A stretch of 64,000 nt of DNA from an uncultured Alphaproteobacteria bacterium (GCA_963745855.1 CAVUZR010000021.1:851-64850), one strand, 5' to 3'; shown: positions 10,085 to 19,014, counted from the first letter of the stretch. The notes: generated from the sequence alone by a model not told the origin. Translations and numbers: made by a program.

Positions 10085-11140
10085 ATGCAGAGTCGTTCAG
10101 CGCGGTGGCTGTTGCTCGCCGCTCTCCCCCTCGCCCTTTCCTGCTCGCCAACGCACGGGGCTGTGGCCGCCGACGTCGAAGCGGTCAACGTTTATTCCTA
10201 CCGCCAGCCCTTTCTCATCGATCCCCTCCTCAAGAAATTCACCGAGGACACCGGCATCAAGGTCAACGTGATCTTTGCCGAGAAGGGGCTGATCGAGCGC
10301 ATGGCGGCGGAGGGGCGCAATAGCCCGGCGGATCTTTTGCTCACCGTCGATGTCGGCAATCTGATGCAGGCGAAGGAAGCCGGCGTCGGCCAAGTGGTCC
10401 ATTCGCAAGCCTTGGAGAAAGAGATCCCCGCCGCCTATCGCGACAAAGAGGGTGTGTGGTGGGGGCTCACGCGCCGCGCCCGCGTCGTCTACGCCTCGAA
10501 GGAGCGGGTGAAGCTCAGCGATATCACCTATGAGGACCTCGCCGATCCGAAATGGAAGGGCAAGATCTGCATCCGCTCAGGTCAGCACGTCTACAACGTC
10601 GCGCTGACCGCCTCGATGATCGCGGCCCACGGCGAGACCTGGACGGAGCAGTGGCTCAAGGGCGTGAAGGAGAATCTCGCGCGCAAGCCCGCCGGCGACG
10701 ACCGCATGCAGGTCAAGGGCGTCTATTCCGGCGAATGCGACATCGCGGTCGGTAACACCTACTACATGGGCGCCATGCTGCAGAACGAGAAGGAGCCGGA
10801 GCAGAAGGAGTGGGCGAACTCCGTCTATATCCTGTTCCCCAACACCAACGACCGCGGCACCCACGTGAACATCTCCGGCGCGGTGCTGGCGAAGAACGCC
10901 CCGCATAAGGACAACGCACTCAAGCTGATGGAATTCCTGGCCTCCGACGAAGGCCAGCAAATGTACGCCGAGGTGAACAACGAATACCCGGTGAAGGAAG
11001 GCGTCCCTTGGTCGCCGCTGGTCAAATTCTGGGGGAACTTCAAACCCGATCCGATCTCGCTCAACGAGATTGCCGCCTTGCGCAAGAAGGCGAGCGAACT
11101 CATCGACAAGGTCGGTTTCGACGACGGGCCGAGCACATGA
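10085..11140 (+). CDS. fbpA: Fe(3+) ABC transporter periplasmic binding protein (FbpA/AfuA-like)
   Basis: Signal peptide MQSRSARWLLLAALPLALS, then ..VNVYSYRQP..ADLLLTVDVGNL..GNTYYMG..HVNISGAVLAKNAPHK.. typical of ferric-binding proteins. Confidence 0.8.
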   Translation: MQSRSARWLLLAALPLALSCSPTHGAVAADVEAVNVYSYRQPFLIDPLLKKFTEDTGIKVNVIFAEKGLIERMAAEGRNSPADLLLTVDVGNLMQAKEAGVGQVVHSQALEKEIPAAYRDKEGVWWGLTRRARVVYASKERVKLSDITYEDLADPKWKGKICIRSGQHVYNVALTASMIAAHGETWTEQWLKGVKENLARKPAGDDRMQVKGVYSGECDIAVGNTYYMGAMLQNEKEPEQKEWANSVYILFPNTNDRGTHVNISGAVLAKNAPHKDNALKLMEFLASDEGQQMYAEVNNEYPVKEGVPWSPLVKFWGNFKPDPISLNEIAALRKKASELIDKVGFDDGPST

Positions 11141-11154
11141 TGGGGACTGCCTAG

Positions 11155-11679
11155 ATGAGCATCCATAACAAGACCGACAAGATAGCGCGGGTGCACGCTC
11201 TGCCACCACGCAAGACCGGGGCTGAGTGGCTGGTCGGCGTCGGTTTCCGTTGCTGGCTCGCCGGCTACGACACCGGAGACATCGCCTGCTGGGAAACTGG
11301 TTGGAATGCATACGCACGGGCGCTGGGCACCGAGCGGGCGAAGCGGGCCGTGACTGAGCTTGCCTGCTGGGTCAAGGCGGTGCGCGCCTCAGCCTCGCGC
11401 AAGATCGAGTATTACCCGTTCGGCTGCGCCGGGTTCTGCCGCGACGAATGCATGGCGATTTCGCTGATCGCCGCCTCGCAGCACCATCGCTGTCCGGCGA
11501 TGCACGCCTGCGCGTTGGCGTTGATCGGATCGAGCCTGGTCGAGCCGGTGATCGACGCCGCCAACGCCTTCGCCGATGCGCTGCAGGAGGCAGACCAGTT
11601 GTTGTCGCCGGAAGCCGTCGCCGCGCTTGCCGCACCGCTTGATGGGGCCCGCGGGGATCGACACGTGCCACGCAACTGA
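11155..11679 (+). CDS. hypothetical Cys-rich protein
   Basis: 174-aa ORF directly after the iron-binding protein gene. No family recognised. Confidence 0.45.
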   Translation: MSIHNKTDKIARVHALPPRKTGAEWLVGVGFRCWLAGYDTGDIACWETGWNAYARALGTERAKRAVTELACWVKAVRASASRKIEYYPFGCAGFCRDECMAISLIAASQHHRCPAMHACALALIGSSLVEPVIDAANAFADALQEADQLLSPEAVAALAAPLDGARGDRHVPRN

Positions 11680-11699
11680 GTCCCGCACGTCGCAAGCCG

Positions 11700-12162
11700 A
11701 TGCGCCGCATCGCGCGCCTCCGCGACAGCGGCAATCTCGCCTGGTCGGTTGCTGCCACTATCATCTCGCTGATTGCCATTGCGCCGGTGGTCACGATCTT
11801 CGTGCTCGCGCTGCAATCGAGCGGTGATAGCTGGTCGCATCTCGTCGCCAATGTGCTGCCCGGCGCTCGGCGCCGGCGCCCTCCTCGTTTTCGTGGACTC
11901 GATGAAGGAACTGCCTGCCACGCTTCTGCTTCGGCCCTTCAACTTCAATACACTCGCCACCCAGGTTTTCACGCTCGCCTCGCTCTATCGCTACGAGGAA
12001 GCCGGCCTGTCGGCGCTGAGCATCGTGGTTGTGAGTCTGGCCCCGGTGCTCCTCCTCCATGGCGTCATTGTCGCAGGTCGCCCGGGAGGCCCGGCCAACC
12101 AGCACAGCACGGCCTCGACCAAGGAGATCCGGGAGCCAGGAGGGCTCTTGATAAGTCGTTAA
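11700..12162 (+). pseudogene. iron ABC transporter permease (FbpB-like) with a large internal out-of-frame deletion
   Basis: The N-terminal roughly 55 aa (..IAPVVTIFVLALQSSGDSWSHLVANVLPGA) are joined near 11868-11875, in another frame, to the extreme C-terminus (LGAGALLVFVDSMKELPATLLLRPFNFNTLATQVF..). No ATPase gene follows. Confidence 0.7.
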
Positions 12163-12285
12163 AATCGGGCGGCGGGCTCGCTATCTCCGGCCAATCGGTC
12201 TAAAAAGCCCTGGGTCTTGGGTGGCACAATAAGAGCCGCGTTTTCCCCCTTGGGGGCGGCGTTGGGAACGGGTGGGTCGGACGGC

Positions 12286-14115
12286 ATGAAGCCTAGCCAG
12301 CTACCGTGGAATTGGCTTCTCTTCGGCCTTCTCGCGGTTCTGATTTTCGCCGTCGGCCTCATCCCTTGGCTGATCGGCGACACCTCGCGGTTCGAGGACC
12401 GCGTCGCCGCCAAACTCGCGGCATGGACCGGGGGCGAGGTCAAATTCGTCGGACCCGTGCGGGTGAGTTTCCTACCGGACGTTTCGGTGCGCGGCCAGCT
12501 AGAGGTGCAGGACTGCACCCGGCTTCCAGGGGTGCAAATGCTCGCCGCCAGGGAAGCGAAGGTTTCGCTTGACCTTGTCGACCTCCTGCGAGGGCGCGTA
12601 ACGATCGATGCGTTGCGTCTATTGAAGCCGCGTATCACCTTGCGCGACGGGTCGAGGGCCGCCGCGGCGCCGGCGGCGGAAGCGCCACAGAAGCTGCTCA
12701 CCAATCTCCTTAGCGCAGCGCCGGTGCGCGTGCTGCATGTGCGCAAGGGCAGGATCACGCTCAATGGTCGTTACCGCGGCGCCATCAGGGATATCTACGC
12801 GCATATCTACGCCGGCAAGGACACCGACGCCATGTCCGGTTTCGGTGCCTTCACTTACAACGGTGCGACGGTTCGCTACTCCGTGGAAGGCGGAGCGCTC
12901 ACCACCACGGGTGAGGCGGAGAGCTTCCCGCTCGCGCTCACGCTCACTTCCAAATTCATGTGGGCAAACCTCAGCGGCACCGCATCCTATGCAAGCGATT
13001 TCAAGTTTGACGGCGACATGCAGGCCAAGATGGACGATGCGCGGAAGTTTCTCAAATGGGTTGGCATCATGCTCCCCGAAGGCGATAGCCTGAAGGCATT
13101 TTCAGCCTCCGGCGGATTCCATCTTGCCGGCTCGACGCTCACCTTCGACGACGGGACCTTCATGATTGACGGAAACAAGGCCGTTGGCTTGCTCGCCCTC
13201 ACGGCGGCCCCACGACCGCGTGTCGAAGGCACGCTTGCCTTCGACCGGCTGGCGCTTGATCCCTATCTCGGCAGGAGCACGACGAGCGCAAGCGCGCAAG
13301 CTTCGCCGACAGCGACGGCAAAGTCTCTCTTTGATGGCGCACTGTTGCAATTTGCCGACGCGGATTTGCGCATCTCGGCGGCCTCGATCGACGCCCGCGG
13401 GAGGAAGCTCGGCCGGGGCGGATTTACTGTCAGCGCGAAGAACGGGACAGTGGCAAGCGAGGTTGGTGAGCTCGAATTGTGCGGCGGCTCCGCCGATGGG
13501 AGACTGAATGTCGATCTCGCGCAAGCCACCCACCCTATGACCTTCGCTGCCAATTTGTCGAATGTGTCGATCGACGCTTGCCTGCGGCCGCTCATGCTCG
13601 CGGTCCCCATCAGGGGCACTGGCCAACTCAAGACCGAGCTTGCGAGCGAGGGGACCGATTTTTCTCAACTGACCGGCAATCTCAGAGGAACTCTGAAGAT
13701 CGACGCCAGGGATGGCGTGGTACCGATCGATTTTGCCCGGCTGGCCACAGGATCGCCACCGCTCAACGGCGAGGGCTGGAGCAACGACAGCGTCACGTCG
13801 TTCACCGATCTCGAAGCCGATTGCCGTATCAATGACGGCCAGATTCGGTGTCAGTCCCTGACCTTGCAGACGCCGCGGGGCGCGATCTCGGGGGCCGGCG
13901 ACGTCGATTTGACCCGGCAGACGCTCGATTGGAGCCTCACCGTGGCGAGCCCAATCGCCCCGGCAATGGCCTCGCCGCAGTCGCAGGATGACGTGCCCAA
14001 GGTCTCAATTCGCGGATCGCTGGCGCAGCCGATGATACGCAGAGCGGACCGCCCCACTCTTGGCGAGAGCAGCTTGCCAACGAGCGCGGCAGCACCGCAA
14101 GTCTTGCCACACTGA
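12286..14115 (+). CDS. asmA: AsmA family protein
   Basis: N-terminal membrane anchor, then ..RVAAKLAAWTGGEVKFVGPVRVSFLPDVSVRG.. and a long beta-rich, AsmA-like body. Confidence 0.65.
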   Translation: MKPSQLPWNWLLFGLLAVLIFAVGLIPWLIGDTSRFEDRVAAKLAAWTGGEVKFVGPVRVSFLPDVSVRGQLEVQDCTRLPGVQMLAAREAKVSLDLVDLLRGRVTIDALRLLKPRITLRDGSRAAAAPAAEAPQKLLTNLLSAAPVRVLHVRKGRITLNGRYRGAIRDIYAHIYAGKDTDAMSGFGAFTYNGATVRYSVEGGALTTTGEAESFPLALTLTSKFMWANLSGTASYASDFKFDGDMQAKMDDARKFLKWVGIMLPEGDSLKAFSASGGFHLAGSTLTFDDGTFMIDGNKAVGLLALTAAPRPRVEGTLAFDRLALDPYLGRSTTSASAQASPTATAKSLFDGALLQFADADLRISAASIDARGRKLGRGGFTVSAKNGTVASEVGELELCGGSADGRLNVDLAQATHPMTFAANLSNVSIDACLRPLMLAVPIRGTGQLKTELASEGTDFSQLTGNLRGTLKIDARDGVVPIDFARLATGSPPLNGEGWSNDSVTSFTDLEADCRINDGQIRCQSLTLQTPRGAISGAGDVDLTRQTLDWSLTVASPIAPAMASPQSQDDVPKVSIRGSLAQPMIRRADRPTLGESSLPTSAAAPQVLPH

Positions 14116-14143
14116 CGCTCGCAGGAGACATTTCGGCCAAACC

Positions 14144-15517
14144 ATGTTCAGCCTTGCGCCAGTCACTTGCCGTTTCGGCGGCTTCCTAACACACGCTTGC
14201 GGTATCGTGCTCGTCTCTGGTTCGCTGATGTTGGCTGGGCCGAACGTGAGCGCGCAAGACGCCCCCGCCGCAGACGCGAAGCCGGCGGGCGGCACGCTCG
14301 CGATTGCGACCTGGGGGGGCGCCTATGGCCAGTCACAGGAGATCGCCTATTTCCAACCCTTCACGCAAAAGACCGGCGTCAAGATCACGACCGAGACCTA
14401 TGACGGCACGCTCGCCGCGATCAAGGACAAGCTCGACAACAGCGCCTCGCCGTTCGACGTGGTGGATCTCTCGCAAGCCGCGCTCGACGTGCTCTGCCGC
14501 GACGGCAAACTCGAGACCTTGGAAAGCTCGATGCTGAGCGCGGCCCCAGGCGGCCAGAGCGTCAGCGACGATTTCATCTCCGGCGGCATCACCTCTTGCG
14601 GCATTGCGAGCGTCGCCTGGTCGACAGCGATTGCCATCGACCGCCAAGCCTTCACCAAGGCGCAGCCGTCGAAGATCGCCGATCTCCTCGACGTTCAGCA
14701 CTTCCCGGGAAAGCGGGCGCTGCCCAACGGCGCCCGCTACACGCTCGAGCTTGCGCTGCTCGCCGACGGCGTGGACCCGGCCGATGTCTACAGCCAGCTT
14801 GCCACGCCTGAGGGCGCCGACCGCGCCTTCAAGGCGCTCGACAAGATCAAGGCGCAGATCCTGTGGTGGGACAAGGCGGAGGACGCGATTTCCTTGCTGC
14901 TGCAACGCAAGGCGGCGATGGCAGCAGGTTATAGCGGCCGCATCTTCCGCGCGGCGATCGCCGCCCGCCAGCGCATCGATGTGCTGTGGGACGGCCAGAT
15001 CTACGACCTCGATCTTTGGGCAATCCCGAAAGCCGCAGCGAACAAAGACGACGCCAAGCGCTTCATCGCCTTCGCCACCGAGCCGGCGCAGATGGCGGCG
15101 CAAGCCGAGCTGATCGCTTATGGGCCGATGCGCAAATCGGCGATTGCCCTGGTCGGTAAACATCCGTCCATCGACATCGCGATGAAGGAGTACCTGCCGA
15201 CTGCGCCGGACAATTTCCGCAAAGTCCTCAAGTTCGACGAGGCGTGGTGGAATGAGCACGGTGCGGATCTCACGACGCGCTTCCAGGCCTGGCGCGATCA
15301 GCCAGTGCCCGTCGAGGCGAAGGCATCGCCAGGAGACGCCAAGTCCAAACCCTCGACTGCGGACAGCAAGTCCAAGGCCTCGACCGCGGACAGTAAGTCC
15401 AAGGCCTCCCCCGCAGACAGCAAGCCATCGACCGCAGAGAGCAAGCCGGCGGCCGGCGACAGCAAGCCCTCGACGCCCGAAGGCGATACCGGCTCGGTTC
15501 CAAACAAGCCGCAATAA
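14144..15517 (+). CDS. ABC transporter substrate-binding protein (PotD/PotF-like) with repetitive Ser/Lys/Asp/Pro-rich C-terminal tail
   Basis: Signal peptide, then ..LAIATWGGAYGQSQEIAYFQPFTQKTGVKI.. The tail is KASPGDAKSKPSTADSKSKASTADSKSKASPADSKPSTAESKPAAGDSKPSTPEG. Confidence 0.75.
   Translation: MFSLAPVTCRFGGFLTHACGIVLVSGSLMLAGPNVSAQDAPAADAKPAGGTLAIATWGGAYGQSQEIAYFQPFTQKTGVKITTETYDGTLAAIKDKLDNSASPFDVVDLSQAALDVLCRDGKLETLESSMLSAAPGGQSVSDDFISGGITSCGIASVAWSTAIAIDRQAFTKAQPSKIADLLDVQHFPGKRALPNGARYTLELALLADGVDPADVYSQLATPEGADRAFKALDKIKAQILWWDKAEDAISLLLQRKAAMAAGYSGRIFRAAIAARQRIDVLWDGQIYDLDLWAIPKAAANKDDAKRFIAFATEPAQMAAQAELIAYGPMRKSAIALVGKHPSIDIAMKEYLPTAPDNFRKVLKFDEAWWNEHGADLTTRFQAWRDQPVPVEAKASPGDAKSKPSTADSKSKASTADSKSKASPADSKPSTAESKPAAGDSKPSTPEGDTGSVPNKPQ
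15335..15476 (+). repeat. imperfect tandem repeats (about 21-27 nt unit) encoding the (S/T)ADSK(S)KA tail
   Basis: gcggacagcaag tccaaggcctcgacc / gcggacagtaag tccaaggcctccccc / gcagacagcaag ccatcgacc / gcagagagcaag ... Confidence 0.75.
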
Positions 15518-15521
15518 AATT

Positions 15522-15553
15522 GCCCTTATGTTAAGGGGCTTGTGCTGTATTGT
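15522..15553 (+). terminator. putative rho-independent terminator
   Basis: GCCCTT-atgtt-AAGGGGC hairpin just after the stop codon, followed by a T-rich tract TTGTGCTGTATTGT. Confidence 0.45.
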
Positions 15554-16399
15554 GCGCTTGTTTGCGAGGCGTCGCAGCGCGTGGACTGCCACGTCGTATC
15601 CACCGCTCCGCTCGACGTCTGGCGCGCAAGCACGTGGATGCGTGACGGCGAACGGTGGGCGCGACCAGGATTTCACTGCGGAGCCCTTCGGCGACATCGA
15701 CAAGAAAATGCGGGAAGGTGCGAAACTCCCGTTTGCTTTAGGGTCATCATTGCGTCATCCTCTTCTTTCGGAGAGATTTTCTCTGACGCAGAATGCACGA
15801 CCAAGGTGGGCGCATCGCCTGGCGAACGCCACACCGATGAGGCCAGCACTGCCGGAGCGGGGCCGGCAGTGCACCCAGCTCTTCTCTAGAAGGCGCGATA
15901 GACGCCGAGCGACGCGTAGCGGCTTGTTTTGCAACAAGCTGCTATGTGCCGCTCTGGCTTGCTACAGCGAAAGCGCCGAAACTCAACGCATTCCTATCTG
16001 GAGAAGAAAACGTGAAACTAGCCGAAATGGCCATTAGTACCAGACAGGCCGATGCCCATTTTCAAGCCACTGATTTACCGAAGGAATTTCGCTATAAATC
16101 GGGGATTAGACACCCCTCCGCGCGGAGAGCAGACCAACGTGCCAACAGCGCATGGCGAGAGAGAGTGAGGTGCGTAATGGGGTCGTTCGGCGGCGAGCTC
16201 ACACGGGACACGAGCGACGTTAGCACGATTACGATGAGAGCAAGGAACAGAGACAAACCTAAGACCACGCCCATGAACGATGCACTCCGCAAGGACGAAG
16301 GGCGGCAAGCCTCAAGCCTGCCGCCCCTGGGGTAGAGAAGTCGCCAACCTCTGGGGGGTTGTTGACAAGCTTTTTATAGAGCGCACTTGCGGCCCTCTG

Positions 16400-16690
16400 G
16401 AGGTCGTGAGGATAAAAATTTGACACCCAGCGGCGAGGAGTCACGAAGAAGCCCCGCGAGGGGACCTCACGAGGCTTCTAAGGAGTACTTGTTCAAGTCG
16501 TCTGGCTACCAAAACAACCAGAGCACACTACCGGGTAGGGGCGGGCCAACCCCGCGAGGGGAGATGACCTCGTGAGGCTTCCGCATAAGGAGGTCTGAAT
16601 GGCTTTCAGACAGCCCAAATAGTAGTCCCCTGGGGAGGGCCATGCAAATCGCTTGGCTCGCGGCTAAAGGAGCAGCGGGGGAGTAGTTAG
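16400..16690 (+). ncRNA. candidate structured RNA or leader (unclassified): two tandem modules, GNRA-capped hairpins, competing helices, mini-ORF
   Basis: Modules at 16451-16485 and 16549-16593 share CCCCGCGAGGGG + CCTC(AC/GT)GAGGCTTC + AAGGAG. TCGTGAGG (16404-16411) and CCTCGTGAGG (16568-16577) can both pair with CCTCACGAGG (16465-16474). TAAGGAGGT (16586-16594) precedes ATG 16599, which sits in the loop of GTCTGA/TCAGAC. Confidence 0.3.
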
Positions 16691-16742
16691 CGGTCTCGAA
16701 AAACCGTTGTACGGGTAACCGTACCGTGGGTTCGAATCCCAC
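16690..16742 (+). other. tRNA-Ser(CGA)-like 3' fragment (anticodon arm, long variable arm, T arm); no acceptor stem or D arm
   Basis: GCGGT-CTCGAAAA-ACCGT (8-nt loop containing CGA), variable arm GTACGG-GTAA-CCGTAC, T arm GTGGG-TTCGAAT-CCCAC. The flanks cannot form an acceptor stem and there is no CCA. Confidence 0.5.
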
Positions 16743-16844
16743 AAAGGAAGGCCGTGGGATCGTTAAGTGCAATGATCCATTGGGAAGAGTTTTCTACTGT
16801 GCCGTGCACTCATAATCGAGATTGGTAAGCGGCGGTTGGTCACT

Positions 16845-16869
16845 GTCCGCTTTGCTCCCAAAAGCGGAC
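16845..16869. repeat. REP-like hairpin (GTCCGCTTT-N7-AAAGCGGAC family)
   Basis: GTCCGCTTTgctcccaAAAGCGGAC, followed by related GTCCGC/GGAC motifs up to about 16940. Confidence 0.7.
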
Positions 16870-17049
16870 ATTCGTCAGCGCCAGTGGCACGTCCGCTTAG
16901 TGCCAGGAACGGACATAAAGGACACAATGACGGACCAATCAGCACGCTGAACAGAGATTGATGATGACTTGAGGAAGAGTGGTGCCTCTAATGCTTCCAT
17001 TCCCCGTGCGTTGGTTGAAGGGGCGCTCTAACGCGGGGAACAGATCCTG

Positions 17050-18825
17050 TTGCAATCTCAAGGGATCGCGGAGCGTCGCTTCCAGCTCATCCTGATCAAA
17101 CCATCACATTACGACGACGACGGATATGTGATCCGCTGGTGGCGCGCGATGATCCCCTCGAATTCGCTCGCCGCAGTTTACGGCATTGCTGCGGATTGCG
17201 CCGAGCGGCAGGTTCTGGGGCCGGACGTCGCCATCGACATCGCGGTGAACGACGAGACGAACACCCACATCGACGTCCCCGCGCTTCTCGCCGGTCTTCG
17301 GCGCCATCGCAATTTCGGATTAGTCGCTCTCGTCGGCGTCCAGTCAAACCAGTACCCGCGTGCGCTCGACATCGCCCGACCGTTCCGCGAGGCCGGGGTC
17401 CAGGTTGCCATTGGCGGTTTCCACGTATCGGGTTGTCTGTCGATGTTAGACGGGCGCGCAGTTGAACTCGAGGCTTGCCGGAACATGGGCATTTCCATGT
17501 TTGCGGGCGAGGCCGAGGGCCGACTCGACGTGGTGCTGCGCGACGCCGCCGCTGGGCGCCTCGCACCGCTTTACAACTTCATGAAGGACTTGCCCGGCAT
17601 AGAAGGCTCGCCCGTGCCGTTCCTGCCAAAGCGCTATGTCGAGCGCACGCTAGGCCTAAGCGCGAGCTTCGACGCCGGCCGCGGCTGTCCCTATGAGTGC
17701 TCGTTCTGCACCATCATCAACGTGCAGGGACGCAAGTCGCGCTTTCGCTCGGCCGACGACGTCGAGGACCTGGTCCGTCTCAACTGGGCACAGGGCATCC
17801 ACAAATTTTTCATCACGGACGACAATTTTGCGCGCAACAAAGAGTGGGAGAAGATCTTCGACCGCCTGATCAAGTTGCGGGAGAAGGACGGAATCCCCCT
17901 CGGCCTGATGATCCAGGTCGACACTCTGTGCCACAAAATTAAGAATTTCGTGGAGAAGGCGAAGCGGGCTGGCGTCACGCGCGTCTTCATCGGATTGGAG
18001 AACATAAATCCAGACAATCTCACCGCGGCGAAAAAGCGCCAGAACAAGATCACGGAGTACCGCAAGCTGTTGCTCGCCTGGAGGGCGCAGGGCATCATCA
18101 CACTGGCGGGATATATCCTCGGCTTTCCGTCGGATACGCCGGAGTCGATCCGGCGCGATATCGCGATCATCCAGGAAGAGCTACCGCTCGATGTCATCGA
18201 GTTCTTCTGCCTGACGCCGCTGCCCGGCTCGGAGGATCATCAGGTCCTGTGGAAGAAGGGCGTCTCGATGGACCCCGATCTCAACACCTACGACGTGGAG
18301 CATGTGTGCACGGCCCATCCAAAGATGAGCAAACAGGAGTGGGAAGACATCTACCGCGAGGCATGGTCGCTCTATTACACGCCCAAGCACATGAAGACGC
18401 TGTTACGCCGCGCAGCCGCCACCGGCCTACCCATGGGCAGCCTTGTCAAGATCCTGGTGACGTTCGCGACGACGGTCCGCCTTGAGAACGTGCACCCGTT
18501 GCAGAGCGGCATCCTGCGTTCCAAGCGTCCGTCTGAACGCCGCCCCGGCCTGCCGCGAGAAAACCCCTGGATCTTCTGGTCGCGTTACACGTGGGAGACA
18601 CTCACCAAGCATGCGATCTTCGCCGGTGCGATCGTCCGGCTGCTGGTCACGGCAATTGCCGTCTCGTACGCCCCCGCCACACGAACCTACATGGATCAGG
18701 CGCTGACGCCGGTCGGCGACGATGCCGATGAGACGCTCGACCTCTTCACCAAGACGACGGGTGGGGGCGCCGCAGTCGCCCGCATCAAGAAGGTCGTCAA
18801 GCCAATAGTTGTCCACGCCGCCTGA
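17050..18825 (+). CDS. B12-binding domain-containing radical SAM protein
   Basis: N-terminal B12-binding-like region (..LVALVGVQSNQYPRALDIARPFREAGVQVAIGGFHVSG..). Radical SAM cluster motif GRGCPYECSFCT (CxxxCxxC). 591 aa, intact. Confidence 0.85.
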   Translation: MQSQGIAERRFQLILIKPSHYDDDGYVIRWWRAMIPSNSLAAVYGIAADCAERQVLGPDVAIDIAVNDETNTHIDVPALLAGLRRHRNFGLVALVGVQSNQYPRALDIARPFREAGVQVAIGGFHVSGCLSMLDGRAVELEACRNMGISMFAGEAEGRLDVVLRDAAAGRLAPLYNFMKDLPGIEGSPVPFLPKRYVERTLGLSASFDAGRGCPYECSFCTIINVQGRKSRFRSADDVEDLVRLNWAQGIHKFFITDDNFARNKEWEKIFDRLIKLREKDGIPLGLMIQVDTLCHKIKNFVEKAKRAGVTRVFIGLENINPDNLTAAKKRQNKITEYRKLLLAWRAQGIITLAGYILGFPSDTPESIRRDIAIIQEELPLDVIEFFCLTPLPGSEDHQVLWKKGVSMDPDLNTYDVEHVCTAHPKMSKQEWEDIYREAWSLYYTPKHMKTLLRRAAATGLPMGSLVKILVTFATTVRLENVHPLQSGILRSKRPSERRPGLPRENPWIFWSRYTWETLTKHAIFAGAIVRLLVTAIAVSYAPATRTYMDQALTPVGDDADETLDLFTKTTGGGAAVARIKKVVKPIVVHAA

Positions 18826-18950
18826 CGATACTGCATTGCCGGACCAGGTCCCTAAGTCAACCAGCTCAATACTTCGGAGCCTTCCGTCTGGAGTACACTA
18901 AGGCGCCCTAGGGCAGCCCACGCCGAGATTGGCGATAAAGCACTGCCAAT

Positions 18951-18976
18951 GTCCGCTTTGGGTCATTAGCAGACAT
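18951..18976. repeat. REP-like element, degenerate copy
   Basis: GTCCGCTTTGGGTCATTAGCAGACAT plus downstream GTCCGC repeats. Same family as 16845, 19591 and 29436. Confidence 0.5.
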
Positions 18977-19014
18977 CGCATCACGTCCGCGTCATTGTCC
19001 GTTATTCCCCCACA

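Noticed and set aside
14333-15703. Long minus-strand ORF (456 aa). Similar long antisense ORFs occur at 10577-11317, 23642-24706, 24241-25314, 35594-36484, 42415-43470 and 50487-51203.
   Set aside because: They lie antisense to well-supported genes in GC-rich DNA and have Arg/Gly/Ala-rich, low-complexity translations with no family motifs. These are typical shadow ORFs.
16362-16380. Promoter for the structured region: consensus TTGACA (16362-16367) with TATAGA (16375-16380).
   Set aside because: The spacer is only 7 nt, and no acceptable -10 sits at 16-18 nt. The transcription start therefore remains unknown.
15946-16575. ORFs 15946-16335 and 16387-16575 as protein genes.
   Set aside because: The translations are Arg/Ser/Gly-rich with no motif, there are no ribosome-binding sites, and the second ORF is built from the tandem hairpin modules.
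16340-16760. Two-piece or standard tmRNA (ssrA), suggested by the T arm GTGGG-TTCGAAT-CCCAC.
   Set aside because: There is no alanine-type acceptor (no G3:U70 stem, no ..CCACCA) and no ANDN..AA-type tag reading frame (no GCCAACGACAAC). The arm belongs to a Ser-type fragment with a long variable arm.
16763-17049. Cobalamin riboswitch upstream of the B12-binding radical SAM gene.
   Set aside because: I could not find a B12-box-like core (..AGYCMGG.AGACCKGCC.. / GCCACTG) or the usual GGGAA..GGTG..AATCC pattern. The interval is occupied by REP-like repeats.
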